The notes under the pieces are model-generated. The model searched no databases. It was not told where the DNA came from and saw only the letters and a program-made list of their open reading frames with translations. A stretch of DNA of 63,982 nucleotides, counting the filler, from Guillardia theta CCMP2712 (taxonomy: Eukaryota > Protista > Cryptophyta): assembly GCF_000315625.1 (NCBI RefSeq). It is 6 parts of 6 records of this genome, joined end to end, with 100 filler letters (N's around TTAATTAATTAA, not from the genome) between each part and the next. Parts side by side here need not be neighbours in the genome. Positions count along the whole stretch, not along the records: positions 21,102 to 37,835 come from NW_005434636.1; 5 more parts are not named here. The stretch is one strand, 5' to 3'. This document shows, piece by piece, positions 22,284-35,816 of this stretch. Every line of letters starts with the position of its first letter. Within the stretch, counting starts at the first letter, position 1. A program made the translations under genes and the position numbers.

Positions 22284-25200
22284 CTAACGGGGGTGGCAGG
22301 GACTGGAGAGGATGGGAATGGGAGAAGTAGTCGAATGCAGCGCAGCAGCGAGCTTTCCTTTCAGGCAAGCCCTCTTGTGCACATCCTTCTCCTTTCCNNN
22401 NNNNNNNNNNNNNNNNNNNNNNNNNNNNNNNNNNNNNNNNNNNNNNNNNNNNNNNNNNNNNNNNNNNNNNNNNNNNNNNNNNNNNNNNNNNNNNNNNNNN
22501 NNNNNNNNNNNNNNNNNNNNNNNNNNNNNNNNNNNNNNNNNNNNNNNNNNNNNNNNNNNNNNNNNNNNNNNNNNNNNNNNNNNNNNNNNNNNNNNNNNNN
22601 NNNNNNNNNNNNNNNNNNNNNNNNNNNNNNNNNNNNNNNNNNNNNNNNNNNNNNNNNNNNNNNNNNNNNNNNNNNNNNNNNNNNNNNNNNNNNNNNNNNN
22701 NNNNNNNNNNNNNNNNNNNNNNNNNNNNNNNNNNNNNNNNNNNNNNNNNNNNNNNNNNNNNNNNNNNNNNNNNNNNNNNNNNNNNNNNNNNNNNNNNNNN
22801 NNNNNNNNNNNNNNNNNNNNNNNNNNNNNNNNNNNNNNNNNNNNNNNNNNNNNNNNNNNNNNNNNNNNNNNNNNNNNNNNNNNNNNNNNNNNNNNNNNNN
22901 NNNNNNNNNNNNNNNNNNNNNNNNNNNNNNNNNNNNNNNNNNNNNNNNNNNNNNNNNNNNNNNNNNNNNNNNNNNNNNNNNNNNNNNNNNNNNNNNNNNN
23001 NNNNNNNNNNNNNNNNNNNNNNNNNNNNNNNNNNNNNNNNNNNNNNNNNNNNNNNNNNNNNNNNNNNNNNNNNNNNNNNNNNNNNNNNNNNNNNNNNNNN
23101 NNNNNNNNNNNNNNNNNNNNNNNNNNNNNNNNNNNNNNNNNNNNNNNNNNNNNNNNNNNNNNNNNNNNNNNNNNNNNNNNNNNNNNNNNNNNNNNNNNNN
23201 NNNNNNNNNNNNNNNNNNNNNNNNNNNNNNNNNNNNNNNNNNNNNGTCCATCCCCGCTGTTCTCTATGATCAAGTTCTCCTCGAACAGCCCTGAAAGCGA
23301 GCCCATTGTTAGCTCCTCCTCTCTTTCCTCCTCTCTCTCCTCCTCCTCCTCCCCCCAATTCTCCTCCTCCTCCTCCTTCTCCTCCTCCTCCTCCTCCTCC
23401 TCCTCGTCTCCCTCCCCTTCTCCTCACCTGTAGCCTTGTCCACGAATATCCCATGCCCGATATTTCCAGTGATCTGCGCTCAGCCCTTCATTTCTCTCCT
23501 CCCCCAGACTGTCTCCCTCACCTTGTTTCGCCGCACAACTGGATCTGCCCCAGTAGCAACAGAAATCCCAACTGACGCGTTTCCTGTATGGAGATGAGCG
23601 AGGGATGAGCGAGCAAGAGGATCAGGGACGGGAAGGGGAGAGGAGGGAGGAGGAGGAGGAGGAGGAGGAGGAGGAGGAGGAGGGAGGAGGGAGGAGGGAG
23701 GAGGGAGGAGGAGGAGGAGGTGGTGGTGGTGGAGGAGGAGGAGGAGGAGGAGGAGGAGGAAGCAGGGGAGAAGCTGGAGGGCGACCAGCAATGTCGTTGC
23801 CCTCTAGAATTCCTCGTCCTTTCTCGTGCACAAAAATTCCTTTACCCTGCGATGCGGGAAAGATCAGAAGAACAAAGGTCAGAGGAGAATAATGACAGGA
23901 AAAGCCACGGAGATGAAAATAACCAAGATGATCAAGATATCAAGGAGGAGAGAAGAGCAGCAGGAGAAGAAGATGCACGAGCAAGAGCAGGCGGAGGGGG
24001 AAAGAGAATGAGGACAAGGGATAAGGAGGAGGAGGAGTAGCACGAGAAAGAGTGAGGGAGAGAGGAGAGGGAGCAAGTAGGAGGAGGAGGGGAAGGAGGA
24101 GGAGGAGGAGGAGGAGAAGAAGCAGACCTTTCCATCTCGGATTATGTTCGACATGACCGAAGGATTTCCTCCGCTCTTGATCGTGACGCCTGTGACTCCC
24201 TTAGACACGAGCAAGCCACAAACTTGATAAAAATGAATGGAAGAGAGAGAGGGAGGAGGAGGAGGAGGAGGAGGAGGAGGAGGAGGAGGTGGAGGAGGAG
24301 GGCCGGAGGTCTGTTCACCGTCCATCTTGTTCTCGTAGATCTCGTTAGCCTCAAGCACTCCCTTGCCTGCAACACACTCAGAGAAAGAAACCAGCGACGA
24401 TGACGACGAAAGATGGAGAATGGAAGGAGGAGGAGGAGGTGGTGGTGGTGGTGGTGGTGATGGTGGTGGTGATGGAAGAAAAGGAGAGGGAGGAGGAGGA
24501 GTACCATTCATGTAGACATAAATTCCAATCACCTTGAGATNNNNNNNNNNNNNNNNNNNNNNNNNNNNNNNNNNNNNNNNNNNNNNNNNNNNNNNNNNNN
24601 NNNNNNNNNNNNNNNNNNNNNNNNNNNNNNNNNNNNNNNNGGAGGGAAGGAGGAGGAGGAGGAGGCGAAGGAAATTACCAGATGACTCATTCTCGTAGAT
24701 ATCATTTCCTTCCAACACTCCTTGCCTGATCGTCTTCATCAGTTGCAACCTCTACCTGATCCTCTTCCTCACCCTTCTTCAAACACGTACACTCCGTTGC
24801 CTGCAAAATCATCAAAATCGTTTCATCTCCTCGCCGATCCTCGCGGCGGCGCCGTCACGACCACCACGACCACCACGACCACCTCCTCCTCCTCCGTTAC
24901 CATTGTGTCCTCCTCCTCCTTCTCCTCCTCCTCCTCCGTTATCATTGTGTCCTCTTCCTCCTTCTTCCTCTTTCTTCCTCTTCCTCAATCTCCTTCCTCC
25001 TCAATCTCCTCCTCCTCTTCCTCCACGACATCTTTCTCACCTCGATTGTTGTGTATCTTGTTGTTCAGAACGATAGGATTCGCTCCCGTCTTGATAATCA
25101 GCCCGTCCATCGTGTTGTGACTGATGGTGTTCTCCTGCCGACGAATATAACCATCTCCTCCTCTTTCTCCTCCTCCTCCATCACCTCGAAATGTCCGCAC

Positions 25201-27480
25201 CCCCGATCGTACACATCGATCCCCTTGCCCATTCCCTGATGTCAAAAACATGTGAGAAAGTAGAATCATCATCTCTCCTCCTTCTCCTCCTTCTCCTCCT
25301 CGTCATCATCATCACTTTGACACCGTCATTGCCATCTCAACAAACAAAGACCTCAATGATCTTGTTGCGGAAGAATCGAGGGTTCCCACAGTCATGAACA
25401 ATCACTCCGGAGATTGCGTTGCATCGGATGTTGTTATCTTCAAAAGTCCCCTGCAAGTAGAGTATGAACGATTCCAGGTATTCGGATGGTATGAAATGAT
25501 TTTCAGTCCTCAAAACAAAGAAGAAAACTCATCAAACATTTGACCAGCTTCAACTAAATGCATCGTGGTATCCTGTGTTTCCTTCAAACTCAACTGCTTC
25601 TGACTGATTCAAACACTCTGATCCCACAGCCTCGCTCGTAACAATCCTCTAACCGATGCTGTTACACCCTGGCTCCCCTTCGAACATCGACTGGTCGCAC
25701 TCACCAGTCCTCCAGATCTCACGAGAACTCCCGTCGTCTTGCAGCCATGAATGTCGTTCCCTCTCACCGTCGGATTTCCTCCTTCCTTCACCACAAGACC
25801 ATCCAGCTGGGGGAGCAGAGTCAGCAGCAGCGGAGAGAAGACAAGTTTAAGTTTAAGGAGACAGGCAAGTTGCCAGCGACACGAGGAGGAGCAGCAAGAG
25901 CAGCAGCCATAGGGGGCGGGGACAGAGGGAGGAGGAGGAGGAGGAGAAGGAGGAGAGATACATGATGCCCATGGATGTCATTGCCGCTGATCACAGGACT
26001 CGCTCCTCCCTCAACCTGTCCGAGAACTTGAGCAAGAGCTGAGAGAAGGAGGCAGCAAGAAGAAGAGAAGGAAGAAGGGAGGAGAAAGACGAGACAAGGA
26101 AGAAAAGAAGGGGAGAAAGGAGGGAGGAAAAAGAGAAGAAAACAAGGGAGAGGAGAGGAGAGTAGGGGACAGGAAAGGAGGGAGGAGGACAAAGGGAGTC
26201 CTCAACCAGGAAGCCGGCGCCGGTGGAGTCGTGGATGACGGAGTTGAGAATAGAGGGAGAAGTGTGGGTGCCAGTGATGTGAAGGACCGAGTCGCTCTGA
26301 CCCGAGATGTCGCACCTGTCATGACGTTTGTGAGGCTAACTGTGCCGTTCCTACCCCCGATGCTCGAAGAAAGCAACATCGAGGAGAATAAATAAAGAGA
26401 AGCTGATAGAGCGGGAGGCAGCAGGAAGCGATGTTGGTGGAGGTAGAGGAGGAGGAGGACGAAGAAGGGTTCAGGATACTGTCTACCTGTCAATCACCAA
26501 ACTCCCCGTGGAGATCTCCACAGCACATTCGCATCCTCCTCCCACTTGTCTCAGCGTCAAGTTCCGCACCAGTCCCTTGATGGCCCTGGCACCCGGCACC
26601 TCACATGGAGACGAGACCGATCTCCTCCCCTCACCTGAACACGAGGACGGGCTTGCTGGTTGACTCCACGACAATCTTGTTGATGCTTCCGATGCCGATA
26701 ATGTCCACATCTGCTGCTGCTATGCATATGCTTTCTCTGCAGCCCAGCATGTCAAGTCGTCTCCTCTGACTCGTCGACACTGCAGGACCTGTAAACTCCT
26801 TCGCTGACCTCCACAACATCCCCGGACATGGCGGCAGACAGCGCGGCGGCGATGCTCCCATACCTGCAGCAGAAACTTCAGCCGACACCCACCAAGCCGC
26901 CGCGCCCTCTCACTCGTCCGAAGGGACTTTGAGGACACACGACTCCCTCTGACGCGAGAAATCCCGACGGAGCACGACGCTTTCGTGATCTGCCATTTCC
27001 CTCACAACCTCCTCTACACTTCGACGTAACCGACCGATCTCCTCCTCCGTCAGTCCACCGACAGGCTCCGGGCTACCCGCACGTGTGGAGACTTGATCTT
27101 TGTCTTCGCACGAGTTTTGAGCATCGGCAAAATCGTCCGATGTCAGAGCTTCAGACGCGTCGTCGAACTCATCTTTGCGCAATGACGCCTGCTAGACTCG
27201 TCACGATGTGAGCCAACCACCAACAGCTCCATCACTTTCTGAGATTGCGAGGAGAAGCTGCTTCTTGACTGACCATCATCCTTACTTGCATTCTGTCGAG
27301 GAGGTGTTATCCTCCGCCAGATCAGAAACAAAAGTCAGCACCTTGAGCTTCTCCTTCAAGGATGGCCCCTTGCTCCGCGGAGCCTCCTCCTCCTCCTCCT
27401 CCTCCTCGCGCCTGCCTGCCTGCTTGGCATTTTGTTGATGGATCAACAAACCGATGCTCTCAGGAGAAACCTGCATCAAA
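22284..27480 (-). CDS. Right-handed parallel beta-helix (PbH1 repeat) protein, FBXO11-like; many exons, spans gaps
   Basis: Repeated units: GGNPTVRGNDIHGCKTTGVLV, NTISHNTMDGLIIKTGANPIVLNNKIHNN, GVLEGNDIYEN, GVTIKSGGNPSVMSNIIRDGK, GISVATGADPVVRRNK. N-cap YGSIAAALSAAMSGDVVEVSEGVY and VRNLTLRQ. The ends are approximate. Confidence 0.8.
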
Positions 27481-29398
27481 ACCTCGTCACTTCCACCAAT
27501 CCTCGAGCCTTCCCCTTACTCTCTTATATCGCTTTCTTTCTCTCCGCCCTCAGAGCTCCTCCTTACCCTCCTCCTTGTCTCCTCCCCATCTCCTCATCAG
27601 CCTCATCCCCCTTCCCTCCTCTTTCATCGTCTCACTCACAGCGGCATATGCACATTTTCCTTGCGACTTAGAAGATTCGCGCTTGGAGTGGTAGGAGGGA
27701 GTGGGTGTCGGGTTCTGGTAGGAGAGATCAGATCAAGTGCAGCTTGCGCCAGCCGTTACCTCCTCTTTCTGCAACAACGACAGAGAAAGGTCCTGGCAGC
27801 TGCAGCAGTTTCCCATCTTGATCGCTCTCGAGGCTGCTCAGAAAGGATGGAGCTGCCTGGCTCGCGGACAACAAGACTAGTAGAGCTGTTCACGGCATCC
27901 TGATCATGGGCAGCAGATTCTGCACAGAGAAGCAAGAAGTCAAGTTCAGCTATGAGAACAACAATAGGAGCATAACACATCAATTCAAAGAAACCACGAG
28001 CATGGAATGCTAACAGCTGCTTAACAACACAAGAGCTACAAACATTCAATTACAACATGTCCTCAACTCTCATGGAACAATTTTCTTCCTCAACAAGCGC
28101 GTCATTATTTTGTTAGTCATCATCACCCTAAGTGAGACAGCGCCTATTGCCCGTCCCCATCCCACATAATAATGCTTCCACTTTCGGTACAACCAAATCA
28201 ACGTCATTGAACGCCAACATTGCGATCAATATGATAGACATCCACTGCAGTAATCTTTGGATAGCAAATATCTCCTGACTTTCACAGGCTTTGTTTCCTT
28301 CCCTCATTATCATTCCCCTGCATGCAATCACTGCTCCAGCTCCTCTTTCGGAAAAGGAACCTTTCAATCAACTTGAAAACATGATCGCGTCTATCTGCTT
28401 TCATGCTTAATCCATACCGACATCTCTTCGTCTCCTCCTACTTCCTTATGCATATCTCCTCTCCTCTCTTCTCCTCTCCTCTTCGCTCCCCTTCTCCTCT
28501 GGTCTCTTCCCCTCCCCGCCGCCGCCTCCCCGTATCTTGATCGGCATGTCGTGGCATTCCGGCATTTCAGATTGATTGACAATTGAAAACATTGCAGTTT
28601 AAGTTTGAAAATACAGTATAAAATTATGAGAATCGAAGAAAGTCCACACAATTTGGGATAATGTCCTCCCAATTTTGACACCCACCCTAGACAAAGTAAT
28701 ACAAATTGTACAACCCATACCACCCTCTGGCAAAACGGAGCGTACCCCTACCTATTTAAATCAGAAAAAGAATCTAAATGAAGGGGGTGATATGATATTA
28801 AATATCCACCCACCCTGGACCATCAAACATGGATCCCTACCCCACCCTTCGGGTAAGACTGAGGCCGAAAAGTCACAGCAAAAATGGTGAGTGAATAGCA
28901 CGCCCGGCAAGGAGAGGAGGAGAGGAAAGGAGCAGAGCAGCAGAGAGCAGATCAGCACAGAGAATAAGGGGATATGATACAAACAGATAGAACAAAGAAG
29001 CAGAATATACGTCACAGACGACTGATAGTTTCAGCTGTTCAGACGGGGAAAACGACTGTGGTTATCGGTGATGAGTGGCTGTATGACAATGCTCTGAGAG
29101 TGATTGGCTCCTTGGGAGAATGAATGTGAGGAAGATCAGGAGGACATGGAAGGTTCAATGCAGTGAGGCAACGTAATGAGATGGGGATAGTTCGCAACAT
29201 CTAGATCACCGATACATATTTGGTAGGTAAATAGCAAGGCGCAAATGGACAATATTTTGAAGGATCAGGAGGTACATTAGGATTAGACGTCATTGTGAGG
29301 TTTGAACATCAGCCGCTTGAAATGCTATGGGGCTGGAATGTTGTTGAGTGCGTTGAGTTGGGTCTTTCGTTCGACCTTGTTCGTTTGATCATATTCGT

Positions 29399-29901
29399 AT
29401 GTATGCTATCAGGTCAAGGTGTTGGATGCTGATTCCAGCAGCTTCTACGCTCATCACTGGTATGTATGTCACAAACGCATCGCTACAGCTCACATGGACT
29501 GACAGGATACAACCGCACAGCACGCCGTTCGTGCACGAGCAGGGATGGTTCCGCGACCACAAGGCTCCATCGTACAGCACGTTCTCGACAGCCAGGACGT
29601 CCTCTCTGCAGTACAGCCCGGACTCTTGGTGGACAAAGCTGCATTACGGCGGCGCAAAGTTCCGTATTGAAGAGCACGACAAGACTTGTATCCCTGGCTC
29701 TGTATGGGTGGCGGGAGAAAGCGTTTGAGACTGCTGCCGCATCATCCTCCTGCTGCGATGATTCCTCCTACCGTATGCCTGCGAGGGAGCAAATCAGTGT
29801 ATGGCAACCAGCCTGAGTCTGTCGGAGCAAGAGGAATCAAAGTCAGCGATGGCCAGGACATCGTTGCCGTCAAGGTTGATGATGATGACCGGGCCCTGTA
29901 A
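29399..29901 (+). CDS. Hypothetical small protein
   Basis: Coding-like ORFs 29399-29728 and 29686-29901 with plausible short introns. No recognised domain. Confidence 0.3.
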
Positions 29902-30359
29902 GTTTGTAGAGTAATGAAATGAGTGATCTGATGCCAGAATCATCGGACCCGCTCGGCACCGCCATCGTACCGGCACTACTACTCAGCGCCTCCTCGATTA
30001 TCCTGATTGTACTCAGCGATGCCAGAAACTATCCAACTGTCTTGAACGATTTCAACTTGAGTTGCCGATCTACAAGTTCTCAGCGGCCCGTGCACGGCAA
30101 GTTGAGCCTGAGCCGGGCCCGGGCCGGCGGCCGCGGCGGACCGGGCCCGGAGTCCGACCGTCTGCTTGGATCGCCGCTGGCCGGGCTTGGTCCTCCGCAG
30201 GGCCCCGGCTGCAGGCCTGACTCTTATTTTAAATCTCATTCTTCGCTCTGTGCAACCAAAGTTTGAAATGATGCAGCCAAAAGTTTGAAATATTTTCGGA
30301 ACATATCACTCAGCTATTCGGCTATTCCCCAAATCCTGAGACCTTTACCACACAGACTA

Positions 30360-31700
30360 AAATGATAAAACCGCAGCATCTGTAACGGATACACCACCCC
30401 CACTGAGATGAGCCACCCATAATAGAGGATTTTACATGACCCCACCATGTTTGCAAGATCACAAGCAGTTTGAATTGACTCCACCCCCATTCTAAAGCCT
30501 CCTCTGCAAATATTCTCCTTCTTCTCGATTCTTCTCTGTTCATCATATGAAGAAAATAACATCCAGTACAACGAGCATCTGGAGTGCTTGCCTTTGTCCA
30601 CCCCTACCCCCTAATTTGGTACCATACCAACGTTTTATGGACTTCTTGTTCTGTCCACCCACCCTTGGGATAAATTCTGCTGAACATAAAATTTGTTTTA
30701 AACAGCAAACAGTCTTCAACCGTTGTAAACAAACACTGTTTCGCTGACAATGAATCTTTACCACAAGCCCGGTCAGGTACTCCCCATCTTTTTAAATACC
30801 CCTTCTTTACCCACGCTCTACCCTCACTCTTTCCCGCAGGTACCATCAATGCTCCAAAGCTTCCAGAGGGTGGGTGGGCGGGGTTGGTGGTACGAACGTC
30901 CAGGGTAGTATCGACTAGAAGTTAAATGTGTGGGGGTGGGGTGGTAAATGAAAGCGATTGTTCCAGGGTAGGGTCCTTTTGCCTTTAGAAGGGTGGGTAG
31001 GGGGTATCACCGAGAAGGAAGGTGTATGGTCTACCCTGAAGTGAGCAGGCAACAGGGGTAGTAAGGGGGTGGTATCAAAGTTTTATTTCGAGGGTCCCTA
31101 TTTCGGCCTTTCGAACTGCCTTGACTACGGGGTTGGTAATTGGGGTGGGGTAGGTGACCCCTGGTTGGAGGATTGTGAACGCAGTGGGATCAAATAAGTT
31201 GATTTTTTCAAGAATGCTGATTTGATCACCAAAGACTGCACCAAATATAAAACTAACATCAATTGCTTCATCATTTATTCAAGTTTAAGAGGAATTTTAC
31301 GTTGATCTATGTGAAAAAGACGGATGCACTACCCTCATTGAATGTATGGTCACTCGGAGGAGTCGGACACAGATGAGCGGAGATGCTCCAGGGGGTAGGG
31401 GTGGGTGGTGAAGCCATCGGGGTCAGTTGGCCTAGAAGGAGCAAAGAAACGCCTGGTAGGGTACCACTGTGTCAGGGAACCCCAGGGGTCTCACGAAGGC
31501 GGGGAATCGGATGGGGTTGGGGTTCTGGTTGAAACGAATACGATGGGGTAGGGTAGTACAGCTGGAAATGTAGGGGAATTGGGGGTAGGGTGTGATATAG
31601 CAAAGAAGCGGAAGTAGATTTCGAGAGTGGGTGGGGGTGGTTCCTGACATTGTTTCAGGGTACTGGCGGGAGATCAGGGGGGTGGGGTGGGAAATCGGTC
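30360..31700. promoter_or_regulatory. Intergenic cluster of TACCC(C)/GGG(G)TA motifs with a strand-polarity switch near 30860
   Basis: The left part is C-rich (cccctacccc, tacccc, taccc) and the right part G-rich (gggtaggg, ggggtag, ggggtggggtgg). It lies upstream of the phosphatase gene. A regulatory role is inferred. Confidence 0.35.
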
Positions 31701-32246
31701 GGGGTTAGCGCAATGGAAAATTTGTACGCTGAATGCCTGAGAAGAAGGCGGGAAGTGTAAGCGAGGAGAGGAGAGGAAATGGCGAGTTAGCCGAGGTCTA
31801 GACAGTTCTAAAAGATTCCTGTTCTGTTACTTGCAGACACTGGATAGAAGAGAAGTAGAAGACACGGATAGCAGGATATGGATATATATCGGATCGGAAT
31901 ATAATTAGATGATGATTTTGGGATAAGTCTGAGGAAGAACGAAACGCTTGAGAGGTGTGAGGTGCTAAGAGATGATAAGTTTGGAACAATCTCAGTCCCT
32001 GCCTCGCATGAAACAAGACAGAGACAGCATAAATGTGTTGAGACTTGAAGTTTCAGCAAGGAGAAGCGGAATGTTTTTTAGTGTGGTTTCAGCAATGTGC
32101 GAGGGTTGATGTTCATGTAAAGTAGTGTTGTTGATCGGCATATTTTTTCAGGAAACAGAGCATTGATCTGTTTGCAATCCAGGATGGAGGCGAAATCAGC
32201 CCAAGCTTGAAGTCTACTTCCTGAATCCTTCAATTCTCTGAATACC

Positions 32247-35200
32247 ATGTCGTTAGAAGGACAGCTCAATCAGTTTGTGATGAACCATTTCTCCTCCATG
32301 CGCTTGTTGGATCCAGAATCGAGCTCGAAGGGTGCGGACGTTGAGATTCATCAGCGCTACATGAGTCCGAGGAAAAGCGAAGAAAATGCCCTCCACCCTA
32401 AAGGTGCAGGAGGCTGATTACTGACTGAGTTGTACTCACCCTCCTGTCCTCAGCATTGTTCCTCGAGACCAAAAAGGATCCCGACTTCTTCTTCACTCCT
32501 TCACCCCCCAACTCAACGAGCAAGGAGAGCCCCCGAGGATGGTCGGACGAGTACTTCAACATGACACTGTCGGAGGCTGTTACCCGAGGAGACTATGGAT
32601 ACGTTGAAAGGGTTGCTCTGCAGGTCGTGCATGTTGATGTTCAGTCGACGCATCTGATGCAATTCTAGATGTTGAGCATGGCAAGAACGAGAGATGCGGC
32701 AAAGCTGCAAGACCTCATCACCGCGCAGTTCGCTGGTCCCGCCCCCCTTTCTTCCAGTAGCACCATGAGTTCAGCGAGCACGATCCTCTCCTCATCAAGA
32801 TTTTCTGGTGCTGTGGTCCCTGGATTCCTCGACTTGTTTGACTTGACGACTCAGATATCTATCTACCTGGACACAGCAAACAAGTTTCATACTCACCTCA
32901 TATCCTCTCTGTACCGCAGCAGTTGACCTGGCGTGTTGTATTCATGACCATCATTTGCAGGTCAAGAAAGCTATTGGCTGCACTGACTTCTCATCGGAAC
33001 TCATCCCCAACAACCTCCCAGGAACTTTTCTCTACGACACTCCTGCGCGACAGGTCTTTGTCATGTCGTGCAGCAGTCAAGTCCTGACTGCCGTTACCAC
33101 CTCACAGGATGCTGGGCTTTTACTTTCATTGCTCGAACCTCTCATGGCATCTGCAAATTCTTTCTCAAATCACTGCTCTCCTCAGGTTCCGAACGTTCTG
33201 GCCCCTGTTGGATCGCCAATGTCTTACGCCTGCCGCAGACTTCACCACTTGTCAGACCGAGCACAGAAGGTCTTCGGTCGTCAATGCTGAAGGTAGCGGA
33301 CGAGGTTGATACATGAGAGAATGACGTGCTTGAAGGACGCCATCATCAATGTTGTGTATCATGCGAAGAACATCACTGCCAAGGAGAATCGTTTGCTCGA
33401 CATTCCGTCACCTTGCTATGGTGTTCTTTTCTCCAGCCTTGACTTCAGGCTCTAAAGTTTGTACAGTGTTGGGAGATGTTCATGGCAATTTGCACGACTT
33501 GAATTTCTTCATCAAGGTTCGCAAGTCTTTATTGACTCTCTCTTGCCTGCAATCTCAGTCCTTGTGCGCAGATGCTTTGGCCTGCCGGCCTTGCTGCTTC
33601 AGCAGGGAATTTCTTGTTCCTCGGCGACTTTGTGGTGAGTGGAAAGCTTTTCTGCCGTCGCTGCTTCGTCCTCCCTCACTTGTGTGTAGGATCGTGGGAT
33701 GGACTCGGTTGTGGTTGTCGCGTATGTGATGGCGATGAAGGTGACAAGACCTCCGTGTGCTCGCGAGTGCCTGACGCTTCCGATCAGATCCTCTTCCCGG
33801 CCAAGTGGTGGTTGATTCGCGGAAACCACGAGACCAGAGAAGGTGGCGGCATGCTCTCAAGCGAGCTCTTGGTGGCCTGACCTCTCCTTCAGTCAACGGC
33901 AACACGGATCACTACAGGGAAGGCTCCTTCCTGAAGCAGTGCATCAAGGTGACCGGCAAGCCGGGGCTGGAGGACGGGAGCTGACTTGCGTTCCTCCCCC
34001 CAAGATCTTCGGCGAGGTCGATGGGCACTTGGTGTGGGAATCTGTCAACAACTTCTTCGACACGCTGCCTCTCGCGGCCACCATCGACTCAAGGTGACCT
34101 CAGTCGCTCTCCTTCCTCCTCAGCGTCCTTTAGCGTGCTTCTCGCCCTCCCCCTTCCCCTGTCCTTCCTCCACAGCCCTGCTGATGCTCCCTCAGCATCT
34201 TCTGCGTGCATGGTGGCATACCCAAGTCCTTGTGCGAGGACGGGGCCACACTGGATATCATCAACGAGGTCGGCGCTCTCCTTCCCCTCCTTCCTTCCAT
34301 GACCAGCAGCAGGTTGAGTGCCCCCTGAGGGCTCCGCACGCCAATCAGATGGTGTACGACATGTTGTGGTAGGAGAAGCTCGATGCGAGGAGCTGCTGTG
34401 AAGAAAGATGCAGGTCGGATCCTTCCAGCCCTGATCAAGCTCTCCACGAGCTGGACGAGGGTAAGTTCCTATGAGGTCTTGACGACGCGTGTTGATCTCT
34501 TGCCAGCTGGGTTCGGCCAGTCGTCTCGGGGATGCGCGAGCTTTAGTGATCGCTCGATTGATATCTTTCTCTCCAAGTACGAGTGATTCCTTTTCTGGTT
34601 CCTCCTCCTCCTCTCCATCCTCCCTCCTCCGTTCCTCGCCTTCCTCCGTTTCACCACCACATCAATCTCACCTCAATTCTCGTGATCCTATATCAAGGTA
34701 CAACTTCCAGCACATCTTCCGGGGCCACGAAGCACAGAAATCGGGTCGATTATTATTGACCGTCTCACAGAGCATCTGACGCGTTCGCAGGTGTTGGAGT
34801 GAACAGAAATGCTCGGCTCACCACCATCTTCTCAACCTCCAAGGTGAGGAGACGACGAGGCTCTTGGTGGATGTCGCTAACATCCTGCTCAGGATCACTT
34901 CCAGGACAACTCTGCTACCTGCGGGTGAGACATGACGGACGGCTGATGTTCTCCTTCCCATGCTGATCGTCCTGCAGTTGTGTGCTGGTGGAGTCCGGTG
35001 TCATTCAGCCTGTGATCCGATCGAACAACGGTGAGAACTTTCTGTCTCCCTCTCTACCCCCTTCTTCCTCCTCCCTCCCTTCCCTCCTTCCGTCCTCCTC
35101 ACCCTCCCCGCCCCCCCCCCCCCCTCACCGCCCCACAGCTCGCTCCTTGTCATCTCCTCACCGCTACCTCAGAACATGATCTCCAACTGCTGCCCACGTA

Positions 35201-35386
35201 CTCAACGCAATCTGTGGAGGTACATACCATGACATGCGCCTGTCAACCCTCAGACCTTCTCACGTCCACTCAGATCACGGAGATGCACGTGTTTCGCGAC
35301 CCTCAACTCTCCCGCGCGCACAACCAGCCGCCGCCCACCATCTTGGCCCAGGTGACGCTGATGATGATGACGACGATGGTCTGTGA
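32247..35386 (+). CDS. PPP-family Ser/Thr protein phosphatase with N-terminal extension (many exons)
   Basis: Motifs appear in order across exons: LGDVHGNLHDL, FLFLGDFV|DRG, LIRGNHETRE, FFDTLPLAATID, IFCVHGGIP, YDMLW, IFRGHE, LTTIFSTSK. Confidence 0.88.
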
Positions 35387-35816
35387 CATGGAGGGCAGCC
35401 CATGTTGTATAAGTCGGTTCAAGAGCCTGTGCGATCTCAGCACATCGTATCTACCCCTGACGGGCGCTCCTGGCTGATTCGTCATGCTGCTTAACTTGTT
35501 GATCTTGCTAATTGGGAGATTCGCATGGTGCGCTGAGATTTATGTACACCCAAGTATGTTGCGAACTGTTGTGATAGATGTTATAAAGATGAATGTTGAA
35601 TGGAATGGAGTGGAGATAATCAAAGCAGGCGAGAGGAGGGACGCGTGGGTTGCGATGGCTGGTTTGATCACCCGAAAGGGATGACGAGAAAAGATCAGCG
35701 CGAAAGTGCCCAGACAAGAGAAAAGGTATGATTGAATAAGATGCATTGGGTACAGCATCATACGCGGCACAGCGCGCTGTTCTAAGAGCCTCAGGGCATC
35801 ACTTTAGCGGCAAAGC

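Noticed and set aside
18720-24748. Long ORFs full of X residues
   Set aside because: These are artefacts of translating through N-gaps.
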